From contig NC_042998.1 of NCBI RefSeq assembly GCF_006345805.1, positions 176,824,001-176,888,000 of the forward strand: a stretch of 64,000 bases of DNA, written 5' to 3'. The position numbers and the translations under genes are program-made. The notes under the pieces were generated by a model. It made no database searches. It was not told the DNA's origin and worked only from the letters and a program-made list of their open reading frames with translations. Origin of the DNA: Octopus sinensis (Eukaryota). This document shows, piece after piece, positions 1 through 13,473 of the stretch (the first letter of the stretch is position 1; each line of letters opens with the position of its first letter).

Positions 1-361
1 TACTTCTAATGACAGAAGAACCAAGCCTTTTATTTCTAATGACGAAAAAAAATCATGCTTCAAAGCTTCCCCAAATCCTTTGATTTCTTTTAGGTACGGC
101 TGCTAATAACACAAAATTAAACGCGTTACTTGCGTATCACATCCAAATGCCAAAGGCTTCAAAAGGCTATGTTAAGTTTAAGCTACTTGTAATTTGTCAT
201 TCTAGTAAGAAGGCTTGAATTATTACAAGCATTTTCGAAGACTGGTTTAGAAACTTGATCTGTACTGCTTTAAAAAAGTACATTTCATCAAAAGATTGGT
301 CCTTTTAGAGAATGTACCAACAAGCCAATGAACTTCAATGGCCTTTCTGATAATATAAAAG

Positions 362-435
<74 letters not shown>

Positions 436-438
<3 letters not shown>

Positions 439-590
439 AAATGGAATTTACAAAAAGCAAAAGACGAAGACAGGTGTGTAAACAACAAGCAGGTGTATTG
501 GTTTAACGCTCGGGAAGGTGAAAAAGTATTTTACGTTTCGAGCCTACGCTCTTCAACAGAAAGGAACACGAGAAAATAAACAGAAATAGA
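436..590 (-). mobile_element. Short Penelope-LTR-like fragment in (TA)n with hammerhead-like motif
   Basis: Minus strand reads CUGUUGA-A-GAGC-GUAG-GCUC-GAAAC-GUA at ~527-564. Homologous fragments occur at 37013-37195 and 62021-62168. The left edge abuts (TA)n. Confidence 0.55.
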
Positions 591-599
591 ATAAAAAAT

Positions 600-727
600 A
601 AATTTTACCGGTGAGTGTGTTAAATCATAAAGCACATGAAGAAAATTACTCTCCCCAGACACAACAGAATATGCTTCAACACACGAACTCACATAAAGAA
701 TCTTGCAAACCAAATCGAAAAACGAAA
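600..727 (-). mobile_element. Short interspersed (TA)n-associated repeat, putative PLE terminal fragment (family 2)
   Basis: Near-identical to 23905-24007 (ccagacacaacagaatatgcttcaacacacgaa..cttgcaaac). Confidence 0.5.
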
Positions 728-731
728 TATG

Positions 732-762
<31 letters not shown>

Positions 763-764
<2 letters not shown>

Positions 765-971
765 CTTCGAAACGCAGAGTAGACGAAACAGGGACAACTG
801 AAGAAGGGGAATATTCCTTGTGTTGTATGTCTTGTACTCTGTTTTTTTCGTTGTTTGGAAAAAAATTCGTTCCATGTTTTTGTTTTTATGTTTTTGTTTT
901 TTATTGTGTTCAGCGTTTTTTTGATGTCCTGTACCCATTCATGCATGTGTATACATAGAGATGTAGGTCTG

Positions 972-978
<7 letters not shown>
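763..978 (+). mobile_element. Short (TA)n-flanked repeat with degenerate hammerhead-like scaffold
   Basis: gacaa-CTGAAGA followed by hairpin AAGGGGAATATTCCTT and a later GTC. The GAAA is missing. Flanked by (TA)n on both sides. Confidence 0.3.
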
Positions 979-1005
<27 letters not shown>

Positions 1006-1028
1006 TATATGCATATATTTATATATTA

Positions 1029-1420
1029 CTAGCGATATCGCCTGGCGTTGCTCGGGTTTGTTTCGACCCTTTAGATTTGGAATTTTTGAAAAGTAAAAAT
1101 TTTGCATCATGTAGCTTGTTATTCTCTTTAAGTGAACATTTTTTTCTGGTTGAACTACACCGCAAAATGGCGACACAGCAGTCAAAAAATCGTAAAAAAT
1201 AGGGATTTTCATAGAAAAAAAGCACCTTTTAGATGTAAATAATTTTTGGTCTTAAAATGGTCCGATTTGAATTTTATCTTCTACGGAATGAAGAGCAAGC
1301 CTCCTTCTATCATACCCTCAATTTTTGTCAACTTGCGCCGCAGGGTCTCGGAGGAGATAGTGCTAGTTGAAGGCTACCAAACCTGCCATACACAGACAAC
1401 TTCAGCTTTATATATATATA
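1029..1420 (-). mobile_element. Non-autonomous Helitron (~390 bp)
   Basis: Minus-strand 3' end ccgagcaacgccagg..CTAG|T at 1029-1056. The 5' end is TATATATAAAGCTGAAGTTGTCTGTG. A second copy lies at 32598-32964. Confidence 0.75.
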
Positions 1421-1441
1421 TATATATAAATACTTAAATCC

Positions 1442-1473
<32 letters not shown>

Positions 1474-1489
1474 TTGTTTTAGTCAATAG

Positions 1490-1900
1490 TTCATGTTTAT
1501 AGCTACCTTCAAGGCATATTATTGGAAAACTTCGAAACAAATCAAAAAAACGTATGATGCCTCAATAAATTACAGTTCAGAAAAAGTTCAACATGTTAAA
1601 TGGAAAGAAAACGTATGAAACGAAGTGGAATACTCAAGTATGACTCTATTCGTGACATTACTGGTTTTCCTCAAGCAAAAAAAAATCTACACCAAACTCA
1701 GCTTGACATTGTGACTCTGGCAAATGATGTAGGGTCTGAAAAAGTCGCGAAAGATGATGTGGTTGTGTTGCAAAAGGTCGCATAGTGTAAGTTTCTCTGA
1801 CGAGAAACTGACGAGAGTTAGTTGCTGAAAGACAAGAAGATATACAAGCTCCACCAATTCCTGCTCAAATGGTTGCAAAAAAAAAACGGCTAAAAAGTTG
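1490..1900 (+). pseudogene. Decayed pogo/Tigger transposase C-terminal fragment
   Basis: Frameshifted peptides IATFKAYY, DITGF..DIVTLANDVGSEKVAKDDV and SHSVSFSDEKL match the Tigger C-terminal pattern. Confidence 0.55.
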
Positions 1901-2079
1901 GAACTTATAGAGAAAAGTCTGCAAGTCTGTGATGATAATGATTTTAATGATGACTTTAGCTTTAAAATTACGAGAGGAGTTAAATAATGTGCTTAGTTCC
2001 TGTAACGTGCAATACAAAGAGACACAGTGTGCCATTGACGCTGATTCTGATTTATAGGGCAAAGACAGTGCACCTCGCC

Positions 2080-2366
2080 TCCCTTTCTTTCTTTCTTTCT
2101 TTCTTTTTTCCTTTCTTTCTTTCGTTCTTCCTTTCTTTCATTCTTTCTTTTATTCATTCTTTCTTTCTTTCTTTCTTCCTTTCTTCCTTCCTTTCCTCCC
2201 TCCTTCCGTCCTTCCTTCCTTCCTTCCTTCCTTCCTTCCTATCTTTCTTTCTTTCTTTCTCTACTTACCTTTCTTGCTTTCTTCCTTCCTTCCTTTCTTT
2301 CTTTCTTTCTTTTTTCTTCCTTCCTTCTTTTCTTTCTTCCTTTCTTTCTTCCTTTATCCTTCTTTC

Positions 2367-2397
<31 letters not shown>

Positions 2398-2472
2398 TTT
2401 TCTTTCTTTCTCTGTCTGTCTGGCTGTCTCTTTGTCTGTCTGTCTGTTTTTCTCTCTCTCTCTCTCTCTCTC
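2080..2472. repeat. (CTTT)n/(CCTT)n/(CT)n polypyrimidine tract
   Basis: Seen directly in the sequence. Confidence 0.95.
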
Positions 2473-2665
2473 GTAAAAACTCACGTTGCACTCAAACAGC
2501 AGTCAACATCGTTTTTGTTGTGTACCCACTGTACGGTTTTATTACTGTACCCTTAATTATTCGCAAATGAATTTTCTCTTCAAAGTTTCTATGTACACAT
2601 ACGGTACTTTGTGTGTTTAAACATTGACATTTTCGTGTATATAGATTGTATTACTGTTGCATACT

Positions 2666-2701
<36 letters not shown>

Positions 2702-3499
2702 TCTCTTTCTCTCTTTTTCTCATTCTCTCTTTTCCCGAAAAAAAAACAACAGAATCCTTCCCACCGCATCTCAGTTTATAACATGGAAAACCAGCAGGTA
2801 AACTGGTTTCGAGTTACGGTATTTCTACATTACAGTAAAATTTTCAAGAACCGGTTTCTCCGTAACGCGTGATCCATCCTCTTAACACTTTGCATGCCTC
2901 ACGCGAATGTAGTGACTCGCCATTTCTATAACGTCGCCAGATATATACTTCTCAATGTCCTACCAAATTAATTGTGATTCTGCCATCAATTCGAATAAAG
3001 GTTTTGTGACATCAAGACTATGAACATGCACCCAAGACCAGGAACGTGCATCCAAAACCATGAACGTGGATCCAACTTCATTTTTCTTGAATTTTTGGTC
3101 AATTCTTATTTGATAGCAACCAGTATTCGGCTGATGACACCTGCTGAAGTATCTATTGACCATACAGCTAAATTGGTGGTCTATAAATGAAAAAAATCTA
3201 TCTGATAGAACAATTAGTTTTGAAATTTGGTGTGACAGCAGACGTTATCAGACAATTAAATGTCACTATGTTTTACACCAAGTGTTGAGTACTTTTTTTT
3301 TTTCTTTTTGAAGATGTGTGTATGGGATTGCTGTGTATATGTGTGAGTGTGTGAGTGTGTACATGTATGTACGAATTCATGCATGTACGTGTGGCTGTAT
3401 GTATATGATACAACTTACTTAGAAAAGGATGCGTGGCGTTCGATCATATAATAATATAAATAATATAAATAATATATGCATATATACATATATATATGT

Positions 3500-3815
3500 A
3501 CATAGGTGTGTGTATGTATGTATGTATGTATGTATGTATGTATGTATGTAGTATGTATGTATGTATGTATGTATGTGTATGTGTGTTTGTGTGTGCGCGA
3601 GTGCGTGCATGCATGTATGTATGGATGTATGTATGTTTATATGTATGCGTTTGTATGCATGTATGTGCGTGCGTACGTATGTATGTGTGTGTGTGCGTAT
3701 GCACCTATATATGTATGTATGTAAGTACGTATATATGTATGTATGCATGTGTGTGTACGCACGTATGTTTTTATGTATGTTTGTCTGCATGTAAGTATGT
3801 AAGTATGTATGTATG

Positions 3816-3846
<31 letters not shown>

Positions 3847-3960
3847 GTATGTATGTATGTATGTATGTATGTATGTATGTATGTATGTATGTATGTACGT
3901 ACGTATGTTTTTATGTATATATGTTTGTATGTATGTATGTAAGTATGTATGCATGTGTGT
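3500..3960. repeat. (TATG)n/(TG)n compound microsatellite
   Basis: Seen directly in the sequence. Confidence 0.95.
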
Positions 3961-4462
3961 ATGTGTGATCCTATGAGTATGTGCTTCTGTGTGCACCGCG
4001 CGCGTGTGTATGTGCGCGCGCGCGCAGTGTATGTGTGCGCGTGCCAGAAAGTCAGACAGACATATCACTTCTCTGTTTCACTAATGCCTCTGACGCTAAA
4101 CAAAGGCCGGAAGTATTATTAGTATAGCCGCTATGAAATATAGCTGCTTGCCATTGTTAGCTTTGATGTAAATCGTCTGAAGAAATGTCATTTTTACAAA
4201 TTATTTCTAGTTTAATGTGGCCTGGAAAGCAATCGATAATGTCTGTGTCCTGATTTCATTTCTAACAACAATAACAGCAATTATAATTTATTTGCCACGG
4301 GAGCATTCGATTTAGATAAAAAAAAAACAAAAAAAAAGAGAGAGAAAGTGAAGAAAGAAAACACGGAGACACGCACGTATAAACACAGTCCTATGTATAA
4401 TATATATACCACATATATATATGTATATATATATATATCTACATATATATATATATATATAT

Positions 4463-4505
<43 letters not shown>

Positions 4506-4524
4506 GATATATATATACACATAC

Positions 4525-4560
<36 letters not shown>

Positions 4561-4570
4561 ATATATATTA

Positions 4571-4603
<33 letters not shown>

Positions 4604-4784
4604 TGTATGTATGTATATATATACATATATATATATATGAATACAGGGCGGAGACTAGAGATTTGAAAACAAAATGTCACGCATATACACACACATATAT
4701 ACATACATGTATACATACATACATTTTTATATGCATACACGCATTCACCTATAGATATACAAACAAGTATATGCATATATATAT

Positions 4785-4820
<36 letters not shown>

Positions 4821-4868
4821 TATACAGATAAGCTAACAGAAAGAAATATAAAGCGACAAACGAGTACA

Positions 4869-4899
<31 letters not shown>

Positions 4900-5227
4900 C
4901 ATACATACATACATACATACATACATACATACATACATACATACGTACACGAAAACATACACACACACACGTATTTGTCATACATACAGCTAAGTAGTTA
5001 ACGATACTCGCGTGCGCGCTCACACCCGTCGCACACACACACACAACCTTAAGCACACGTGAATATACAATTTAGAATGTGGTCTACCTTAATTGAAAGA
5101 GAATAGTTAAGAGAAAAAAATCGCTTATATCCTTCATTAATATATGCACAGACATAGTCTAGTACTTAAGATCATTTTGCAACCATGTGATTTCTAGTTC
5201 GATTCCACGCTCCTTTAAATAGATACC

Positions 5228-5669
5228 GGATCTTTTCGGTGTGAACGGCAGTTTTTAACATAATTTCTAGGTAACTAAAAAAATTTAAACTTCGTATACT
5301 GGTAGAATGTGTTTAAAAAACATCTTTTTCTCTTGGCTTTATTGAGAAAATTCTATAGTTTGTAAGATATTTGTTGATTTTTTTTTCTTCAATTTCAGCA
5401 ATTTCGACCAATCACTGACGTCCATTGAGGTAAAAAAACATTCTGTGTCGTATGAATATGTCCCTCGTTTAAGAAACAGATTGGGTTTATTTACATTTGT
5501 GAAGAAAAAAAGATACCCTTCCCCCCATCCCCAACCCTAACCCTAACCCTAACTAAACCTAACCCTAAAACAGATTGAAATGCAATAGATCGATACTAGG
5601 GTCATAATTATGGGTGACAATTTCATATGACACCGCTAGAAAAAACTGCCGTTCAAACCGAAAAGATCC
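5228..5669. mobile_element. MITE with 29-bp TIRs and 8-bp TSD, probably Merlin-derived
   Basis: TIR ggatcttttcggtgtgaacggcagttttt / aaaaactgccgttcaaaccgaaaagatcc (1 mismatch). TSD tagatacc at 5220-5227 and 5670-5677. Shares the GGATCTT terminus with the Merlin at 49038. Internal CCCTAA repeats at 5531-5568. Confidence 0.85.
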
Positions 5670-5719
5670 TAGATACCTTCTACAGTAGCTACATATTTAC
5701 TGAAACCTTCTTAGGGTAA

Positions 5720-5769
<50 letters not shown>

Positions 5770-6469
5770 ATTTTTATATACTGGCATAGTATGGTCTATC
5801 GAAATGTAGCTCTTTGTGACAAATAGGAACCTAGCCATTAGATAATTAGATCTCAACAAAGAAGGCATGTCACTGAAATAAGTAGTCTGACATAAAAATA
5901 TAATGCTGTTTCTGATAAATAATTTTGCTAGAAAGAGCAACCAAACTCTCCCCATCCCCACCGCACCGCGCCCCTTAAAAAGATAAAGGAAGGATGCATT
6001 GGTTGTAGATTGAGGTGTATTACGTCTGAAGAGTAAAGAGGGTGGTCAAAGCTAAAGTGGTCAACGAATCTTGATATGGGCTAAACAGCAATAACAAGAA
6101 CGACAATAACAAATTGTATATCACAAACCAGCGACGGAAGAGCACCTGTGAATGCAAGAGAACCTGTATGCGGTCAATTAATCTTCTAGATACCTGTCGA
6201 ATCTCACGCCTGCAACATACTTGATAATAGACCCGCTTGATGAGGGCTGACTATCGGCCAAACTTGTATGTCTTACTATATAATTCATTATGGATGAGTT
6301 CCGTGATAAATTTGGTAAGGCATAACAAGACTGTCACTACAAGGTCCCGAGAGCTATGCCAACGAAGGGAAACCTTCTGCTAGGGCTTTTCATGTTGGAT
6401 AGATGAAAGGAAAGAGACCAAAATGGTATTGTTTTGACATTTTGGCACAAGGTCAGTAATTTCTGAGAT

Positions 6470-6707
6470 ACCTATGTCTTTACTACCCACAAGGGGCTAA
6501 ACACAGAGAGGACAAACAAGGACAGACAAAGGGATTAAGTCGATTACATCGACCCCAGTGCTCAACTGATACTTATTTTATCGACCCTGAAAGGATGAAA
6601 GGCAAAGTCGACGTCGGCGGAATTTGAACTCAGAGCGTAAAGGCGAACAGAATGCCGTTGAGCATTTTGCCCGGCGTGCTAACGATTCTGCCAGCATACC
6701 GCCTTAG
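6470..6707 (-). mobile_element. tRNA-derived SINE, family B
   Basis: Head ggcgg..ctggcagaatcgttagcacgccggg, B-box-like gagttcaaattcc, body actttgcctttcatcctttc. Many copies in the window. Confidence 0.85.
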
Positions 6708-7369
6708 ACCAGACCAATACTGATCACTTCTTCTCAGAGGTAAAAATGGGTTTGCGTAGGTCCAGCACCTCAATCTAGAAAGAAAAAAAAAGCTAGGTTA
6801 AAGAAGCATCGATAATTCAAAACCAACAAGACCTGGAAGAGGGATATCTTCTCTCAGGAAAATATGATGAAGGGGAAAAAGCAGGGATTCAAATGGAGAG
6901 GAGCAGAAAATACGGAGTTGAGTGAAGTGGAAAAAAGTTGTCAATAACCTATGCTCGACAGGGTGTGAACGGTTTAAGAAGAATAACAAGACTGCTTTTG
7001 GGAGCCAAAAATAGCATTCTTCCCAGAATTCAAGGGTTCTGTGATTATTTTTACGGGTATGGGCTCGGCAGATAGCCAGGGGCCTCTTTAATAGCTCTCC
7101 GATGCATCGGCTGAATTTTTTTCAGAAATATTTGATTTTTCTGTTTAGATATATTTTGACACGAGAAATATTCTCTCTCTCTCTCTCTCTCCCCATTCTG
7201 GATCACTCAGTCACATCCTACCTCACACACTTAAATTTCTTTTCACCCAGAAGCAGACCTTTTCATTCGGCCTTCACTCAGGACATAAAGATTTGTTGTT
7301 AAATTTTTGCTAGAGGGGATGGACAAAGCCTATGACACTTCACAACGCTTCCATGACTAGTGGGAAGGG

Positions 7370-7437
<68 letters not shown>

Positions 7438-7639
7438 TGAAACTGGAGACCAAGTCCGAATGCATACAGCAGAATAGACTCCACTAAAGGCACCTAAGGA
7501 GCTAGTGTTAAACATGGCAATGGATTAAGTCTAGAACTCACATGCGCTATGGCGGGATTTGAACTAAAAACGCAAGAGCCGGAACAAATACCACAAAGCT
7601 TCAGAACCGACGTTCTTAGTCCCTCCAATCCACACCCAT

Positions 7640-7772
7640 GGACTGGTACTGTTTTTATGGCTCCCAAAAGGATGGAAGGCAAAGTTGACCTCGGCGGGAT
7701 TAGAACTGAGAGTTGGGACAAACACTGCTAGGCTCTCTATCCAACGCTTTGACGATTCCGCCAGTTCGCCGC
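7640..7772 (-). mobile_element. SINE family B, partial and diverged
   Basis: aaggatggaaggcaaagttgacctcggcgggattagaact matches family B. Confidence 0.65.
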
Positions 7773-8814
7773 AAGTACGTGATGAGTACCTTTGATAAAG
7801 AAGTTAAGGTCTTGTTTTAATCCATTCCATTCCAAATTTCTATGTCACTCCATGTCATTCTTACTATTCGTTATAGCCAAACAGATTCGGCAAAACTACT
7901 TAACCGTTTTTAAAAGAAAAGCAGTAGAACGATCCTCATCATAGACTTGAACGGCTGCTGGATTTTTCCCACGTGTAATCCATGCTGTTTAAGACAAGCG
8001 TGTGGAAATTTCAATTTCGTTTCCCACTAGTAGACATTTCCCTTTTCTTATGTCACTAAGACCCTTAGGAAAGAAATGCTCAACGAAAAATCAATGCACA
8101 GTAAAAGCAAGCCAACATCTCGGGTAGCCGCATCCTCGACTCGGTTTCGATTTCCGATTATTGTCCTTCCACTTCACTTACATCGCTAATGCTCCTGCAA
8201 ATAGCATGGACATTACGAAATTCAATTTCCTTTCTTAAATATAGGGTTTTATCAAAAGAATTCAATATTTATCAGACCTTTGGCTATCATAAACGTTTCT
8301 CCAAATTCATTTTATTCTCTCCACTCCCCATTTCATCTTTCTTTCTTTCTCTTCTCCCTCTCCCCGTGCTCTCCCATTCCAGCTTTTTCTATCAAATATC
8401 CCTTGTTCTAAAAGCGAATGAATTATAAACTGCTAGTTCTGAGACTACATATACAGTTTACATAGAAGCCTCTAAGCGGTCACTCAAATTGCAAGAAATA
8501 GCATTCAAATCTACCTCAAATCACACACTTCTAATTTAAACATATTTAAGGAAGGATTCATTGAATAATGTGATTTTGTATGCACACTGATCATAGCTTG
8601 AACATCTTTGATCATAAGTCTTTTCGATTAACGCTGACCTGGGGCTAAACAGTAATAACAACATCAAAAACAGAAGCAACAGCAATAATAATATGATACT
8701 TCCCATAAATGTAATGCTCTTCTTTCAGGCTTTATCTGATATTATGTACGTATTTACTACTTGTTAAAGTTTTATTTCTCTATCGTTTATCTATACTATA
8801 ATAATGGTTTCAAA

Positions 8815-9197
8815 TTTTGACACAAGGCCAGCAATTTTGGGGAAGTTGACCTTAGTGCTTGACTGGTACTTGTTTTATCGAGCCCAAAAGGATGAAATGC
8901 AAAGGCGGTATTTGAACTTAGAACGTAAACCCAGAAGTCATGCCACTAAATATTTTCTCAGGCGCAACCGCATAATCTAAACTATAATAATCCTTTCCAC
9001 TATAGGCACAAAGCATGAAGTTTTGTGGGAGGGGCTAGTTGATTACTCGACCCAGTGCTTGACTGGTACTTATTTTATCGATCCCAAAAGAACGAGAGAG
9101 ATCGATCTCGGCGGAATTTGAACTCAGAATGTAAAGATGGATGAAATGTCGCTAAGCATTTTATCCGGCGCGATAACGATTCTGTCAGCTCGCTGCC
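8815..9197 (-). mobile_element. Two adjacent diverged SINE family B copies
   Basis: gactggtactt..ttttatcga..aaaag..ggaatttgaactcagaa occurs twice (about 8815-8965 and 9000-9197). Confidence 0.7.
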
Positions 9198-9959
9198 TAA
9201 TCTAAACTATAATAAGAATTAATTTTTTTTTAAATGTTGTCGGATCTTAAACATGCTAACCAAATTTACTGGATAGCTATAGGGGTCTCATCTCGGTCAA
9301 GGTTGACCATACTGCTGAAAATTTATGAGCTGGCTCTTACAAAATATTTTGTAAAAAACAAACTGGAAGACTATGGATGCAAGCCTTTCATCTTCAAGCT
9401 ACCAGTGTTTATTTAAGAGTAAGGTTGCCAACTTATTCCGATGCAGTTTGGCACTATTGTGGTCGCATAAGTTACTGTTATTCAGTGAGGTAGCTAGAGT
9501 GTGTGCTGTCAAGAGTAGCCTTTGATTTTGTCTCCTCTGCAGAATGTAATAAGCCTATATAGGCTTATACAGCAGATTCAAAAGTTCCGTCCTCATAAAA
9601 GCGTCGCACGGGGTAGACTGCCCTTCGCTTCATCCCAGCAATGCTCAAGTACTGCAAGGTATCTTGCCCAACTTTCCAACGGTTCCAACAATCACCTTTC
9701 TGGACAGGTGCTTTTCTTTTTTACTGATATCGAAAGCATGAAAGACAAAGTTGACCCCGGTTTGATTTGAACTCAGAGCGCTGAGAGACGGAACAAGTAT
9801 CACGAGTTATTCCACTCAACGACAGCTCAACCTGCTCGCTGCTATTAATCCGGAAACACTCTGTTTTATAAACATTCCAACTTATATAAGCACTGTAAAC
9901 TCCATGAAAATGAAAATATATATCTTGTCTTGATTTTTCTCGCTAATACTATTTTGCTC

Positions 9960-10521
9960 ATCATAAATTTGTGACATGTATGAATTGTAAAACCATATTT
10001 ATAACATCTTCGTTGATGTTTAGCTTCAGATTAGTCCTAATCGAGCAGATATATGAGTAAAGGCTCTCAAGCCAAGACACCACTATATACTTTTTATCAT
10101 GAATAGTCCATCGAGAACTACATTGTCCAATCCATTCTTCTATTTTTAAGACGGTGGCGGTATATAAGATTGATTTCACCGCAGCTTGAGCAACTACGAA
10201 GTCGTTCTCTCAATGTTCCATGTAGGCTATGAACTTCTAATATGTGTTATAATTTCGTCTCTATTGATAAATACCATCTCTTTACACAACCACAAGGCTT
10301 AAATTTAGGCTGATGTTTACTCCTTTCTGGTTTTCACAAATCTCCCTGACATATCATGCCGAAAACCTCAAGATATGAGTCATCTTTTATTGCTACTTTT
10401 TTCTTTGGAATTTCATGGATTTCAGTTTTTACCTTCTGCTTCCACTTTACTTATGCTGTCTGCTTATTTTTGTCTAAGAAATTGACTGTGATCAAACCTA
10501 CAGAGGAATGGACTCAACCAG

Positions 10522-10591
<70 letters not shown>

Positions 10592-10900
10592 TGGCCGTGT
10601 GTCACGACGGCAGCCCTACAACTCAAGTTGAGGACACAAATCTTTGCCGATATGTAAAGACACTCAGGTCAGTCATACTATCTGTTGCCAATTTTTAAAG
10701 ATTTTCTATGGCTTACTCAGAAAGAGAAGAGAAGAACCCATGATAATTTTCAAAGTTTCCTTATCTTAAGATACTGGATTCATTTTTCTATCATGGAAAA
10801 GAAGACTTAATTGAAATATTTTCTTGCACAAGCAGTCAAGTTATAGCGTGATCTTTAATCGTTCCAACAATATCGTTAATTTTCATTTTGCTAGCCATCT
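9960..10900 (-). pseudogene. Possible highly decayed hAT (Charlie/Buster-like) transposase C-terminus
   Basis: Peptide WLESLYSYICSIRTNLKLNINEDV loosely resembles the hAT dimerisation motif (CE.GFS.L..IKTK.R.RL.VE.DL). Many stops. Confidence 0.25.
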
Positions 10901-11791
10901 AATTAAAAATATCCTTTTCCTCCTCTCTGATGCTTTTTGAAAATTTCGGTCCGGAAATTTATTTAACTCTCCGAAAACTTTATGTAGTTTTCATATTTTA
11001 TATAGTTATTGTCTAATATAATATGATATATTAAGTATTGGAAAGCAATCATCTCTTTTATCATCTTCAATGTCTTTCCCAATCAATTAATATCAATATA
11101 GTTTTCGTATAACCATATATCTATCAACCGGGGAGTTGCTCTCCACCGACACGCACCAGCGGTTTTTTCATGAGAAATTCAACGAAAGCAATCTTGTTGA
11201 CTTGACATCAACAAAGCTTTCAAGTGTGTCTAACGCGAGAGCCTCTAAGTAAAGCTACTCATATATGGCTTCCATCCGTCTCTTATCTCGTGGATCGGAA
11301 GTTTCCCATTAAACAGCTTCCATCGCAGCAAGTGCTCACGTGGCTCGCTCACTCCAACACACACTCTATCAATTCTACTGCGCTTAGGGTTTAGGTTAGG
11401 TTACTTCCACTCTTCTTCCTGAATATTGAATAACATTCTCAATGTCAATTCTGACAGCATTCACTCCTACATATATACAATACCACTCTTACCACTTTCC
11501 TTGGCTGCTCTATCACATAATTGTATGTTATCCACATCCAATCAAGACACCGCACTCCAGATTTCCAATTTCCATGGAAAGAGACTTTTTAAACGTCCTC
11601 CATTGAGAACCTGGTAACTAATTCTTCTTTAACATCACTAAAGTACAATCATTATGCAATGAAGGGATTTACTTTGTATCTCATTTTCCTGCAGATGATA
11701 CCGATACAAGCGAAATTTTCATAGACGCTATAAAAGACAGACCTTACAACAGATGTATACATCAACACACACACACACAAACACACACACA

Positions 11792-11839
<48 letters not shown>

Positions 11840-12164
11840 CAATTAATCACACTCATATGCTCGATCAATCAATCAACTGGGTTCGGCAGAGTCCTTTACT
11901 CGCCATTCACGATCTCATTAGTGACACGATCACTCCACTACAGGTCTGTTTTCGATCAGATTGATTGATTGACCGAAAGATTAATCAAACAATCGACTAG
12001 TTAATTAATTAAATAGATGACTAATTGACTAAAAACTAGCAAAGAAGTGAGACAACCTTCGTAAAGGTAGTTATTATAACAATAGGAACACAACAGAAAC
12101 ACACACATACGGATGTATACACACACACATACATACACATACAAACCCATTTGTATATATATAT

Positions 12165-12592
12165 TGCTGGTTCTTCGACTTGCATCCTTGGGGTTTTGAA
12201 TTCAGTGCCACTGCAAAAGCTCCGGATCAACCAATGTTTTGTGAGTGAATTGGTTGACAGAGACTGCGTGGAAGCTGGTCGTATCTCTGTGCGTGTATGT
12301 GTTTGTGTGTGTGTGTGCGCGCGCGTGTGTGTGTGTGTATACACACACACACATACACACATATGAGTGTGACAGTATGTTTGACTTTGTGCCTGTTTGC
12401 GCCACCTCCCCCGCTTGACAAGTGGTGTTGGTTTGTTTACATCCCCGTAACTTAACAGTCCTGCAAAAGTGATCGATAGAATAAATACCGGATTTCAAAA
12501 CAAGTTCTGGGGGTCGATTTGTCTGTCTAAGGCCCTTCAAGGCATCGCCTCAACATAGCAGTAGTTCAACGACTGAAACAAATAAAAGATAA
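12165..12592 (+). mobile_element. Old diverged SINE family A copy
   Basis: Degenerate head (ttgtgagtgaattggttgac), then a microsatellite, then tail (acatccccgtaacttaacag..gactgaaacaaataaaaga). Confidence 0.6.
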
Positions 12593-12600
12593 AATATATA

Positions 12601-12758
12601 CAGGAGTGGCTGTGTGGTAAGTAGCTTGCTTACCAACAACATGGTTCCGGGTTCAGTCCCACAGCGTGGCACCTTGGGCAAGTGTTTTCTACTCTAGCTT
12701 CGGACAGACCAAAGCCTTGTGAGTGGATTTGGTAGACGGAAACTGAAAGAAGCCCGTC

Positions 12759-12821
<63 letters not shown>

Positions 12822-13113
12822 CATGTATATATATATATATGTGTGTGTGTATGTGCATGTGTGTGTGTATGTGCGTGTGTGCGTGTGTGTGTATGTGTGT
12901 GTGTGTGTGTGTGTGTGTTTTCCTCCTCAACATGGCTTGACAACCGATGCTGGTTTGTTTACGTCACCGTAATTTAGCAGTTCGGCAAAACAGACCGATA
13001 GAAAAAGTATTAGGCTTACAGAGAATAAGCTCAGGGGTTGATTTGCTCGACTAAAGGCGGTGCTCCAGCATAGCCGCAGTCAAATGATTGAAACAAGTAA
13101 AAAAATAAAAGAA
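12601..13113 (+). mobile_element. tRNA-derived SINE family A with internal (TA)n/(TG)n
   Basis: A-box-like gtggctgtgtggt, B-box-like ggttcagtccc, internal microsatellite, tail ending gaaacaagtaaaa. Confidence 0.9.
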
Positions 13114-13134
13114 TAGATGTATTCATATATGTAC

Positions 13135-13137
13135 GTT

Positions 13138-13169
<32 letters not shown>

Positions 13170-13441
13170 TGTATGTATGTATGTATGTATGTATGTATGT
13201 ATGTAGGTAGGTATACGTATGTATGTTTGTATGTATGTATGTATGCATGTATGTTTGTATGTACGTATGTATGTATGTATGTTTGTATGTATGTATGTAT
13301 GCATGTATGTATGTATGTATGTATGTATGTATGTAGGTATGTATGTTTATATGTATGTATGTATGTATGCATGTATGTATGTATGTATGTATGTATGTAT
13401 GTATGTATGTATGTATGTATGTATGTATGTATGTATGTAGG

Positions 13442-13473
<32 letters not shown>

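Noticed and set aside
2940-3290. Mariner N-terminal relic
   Set aside because: Only a vague KFK..G....DARS resemblance and no paired TIR.
5531-5568. Chromosome end or true telomere
   Set aside because: Only a few imperfect hexamers, internal to a TIR element.
12601-12700. tRNA genes at A/B-box-like sequences
   Set aside because: These are SINE heads: no cloverleaf or acceptor stem, and they continue into SINE bodies in every copy.
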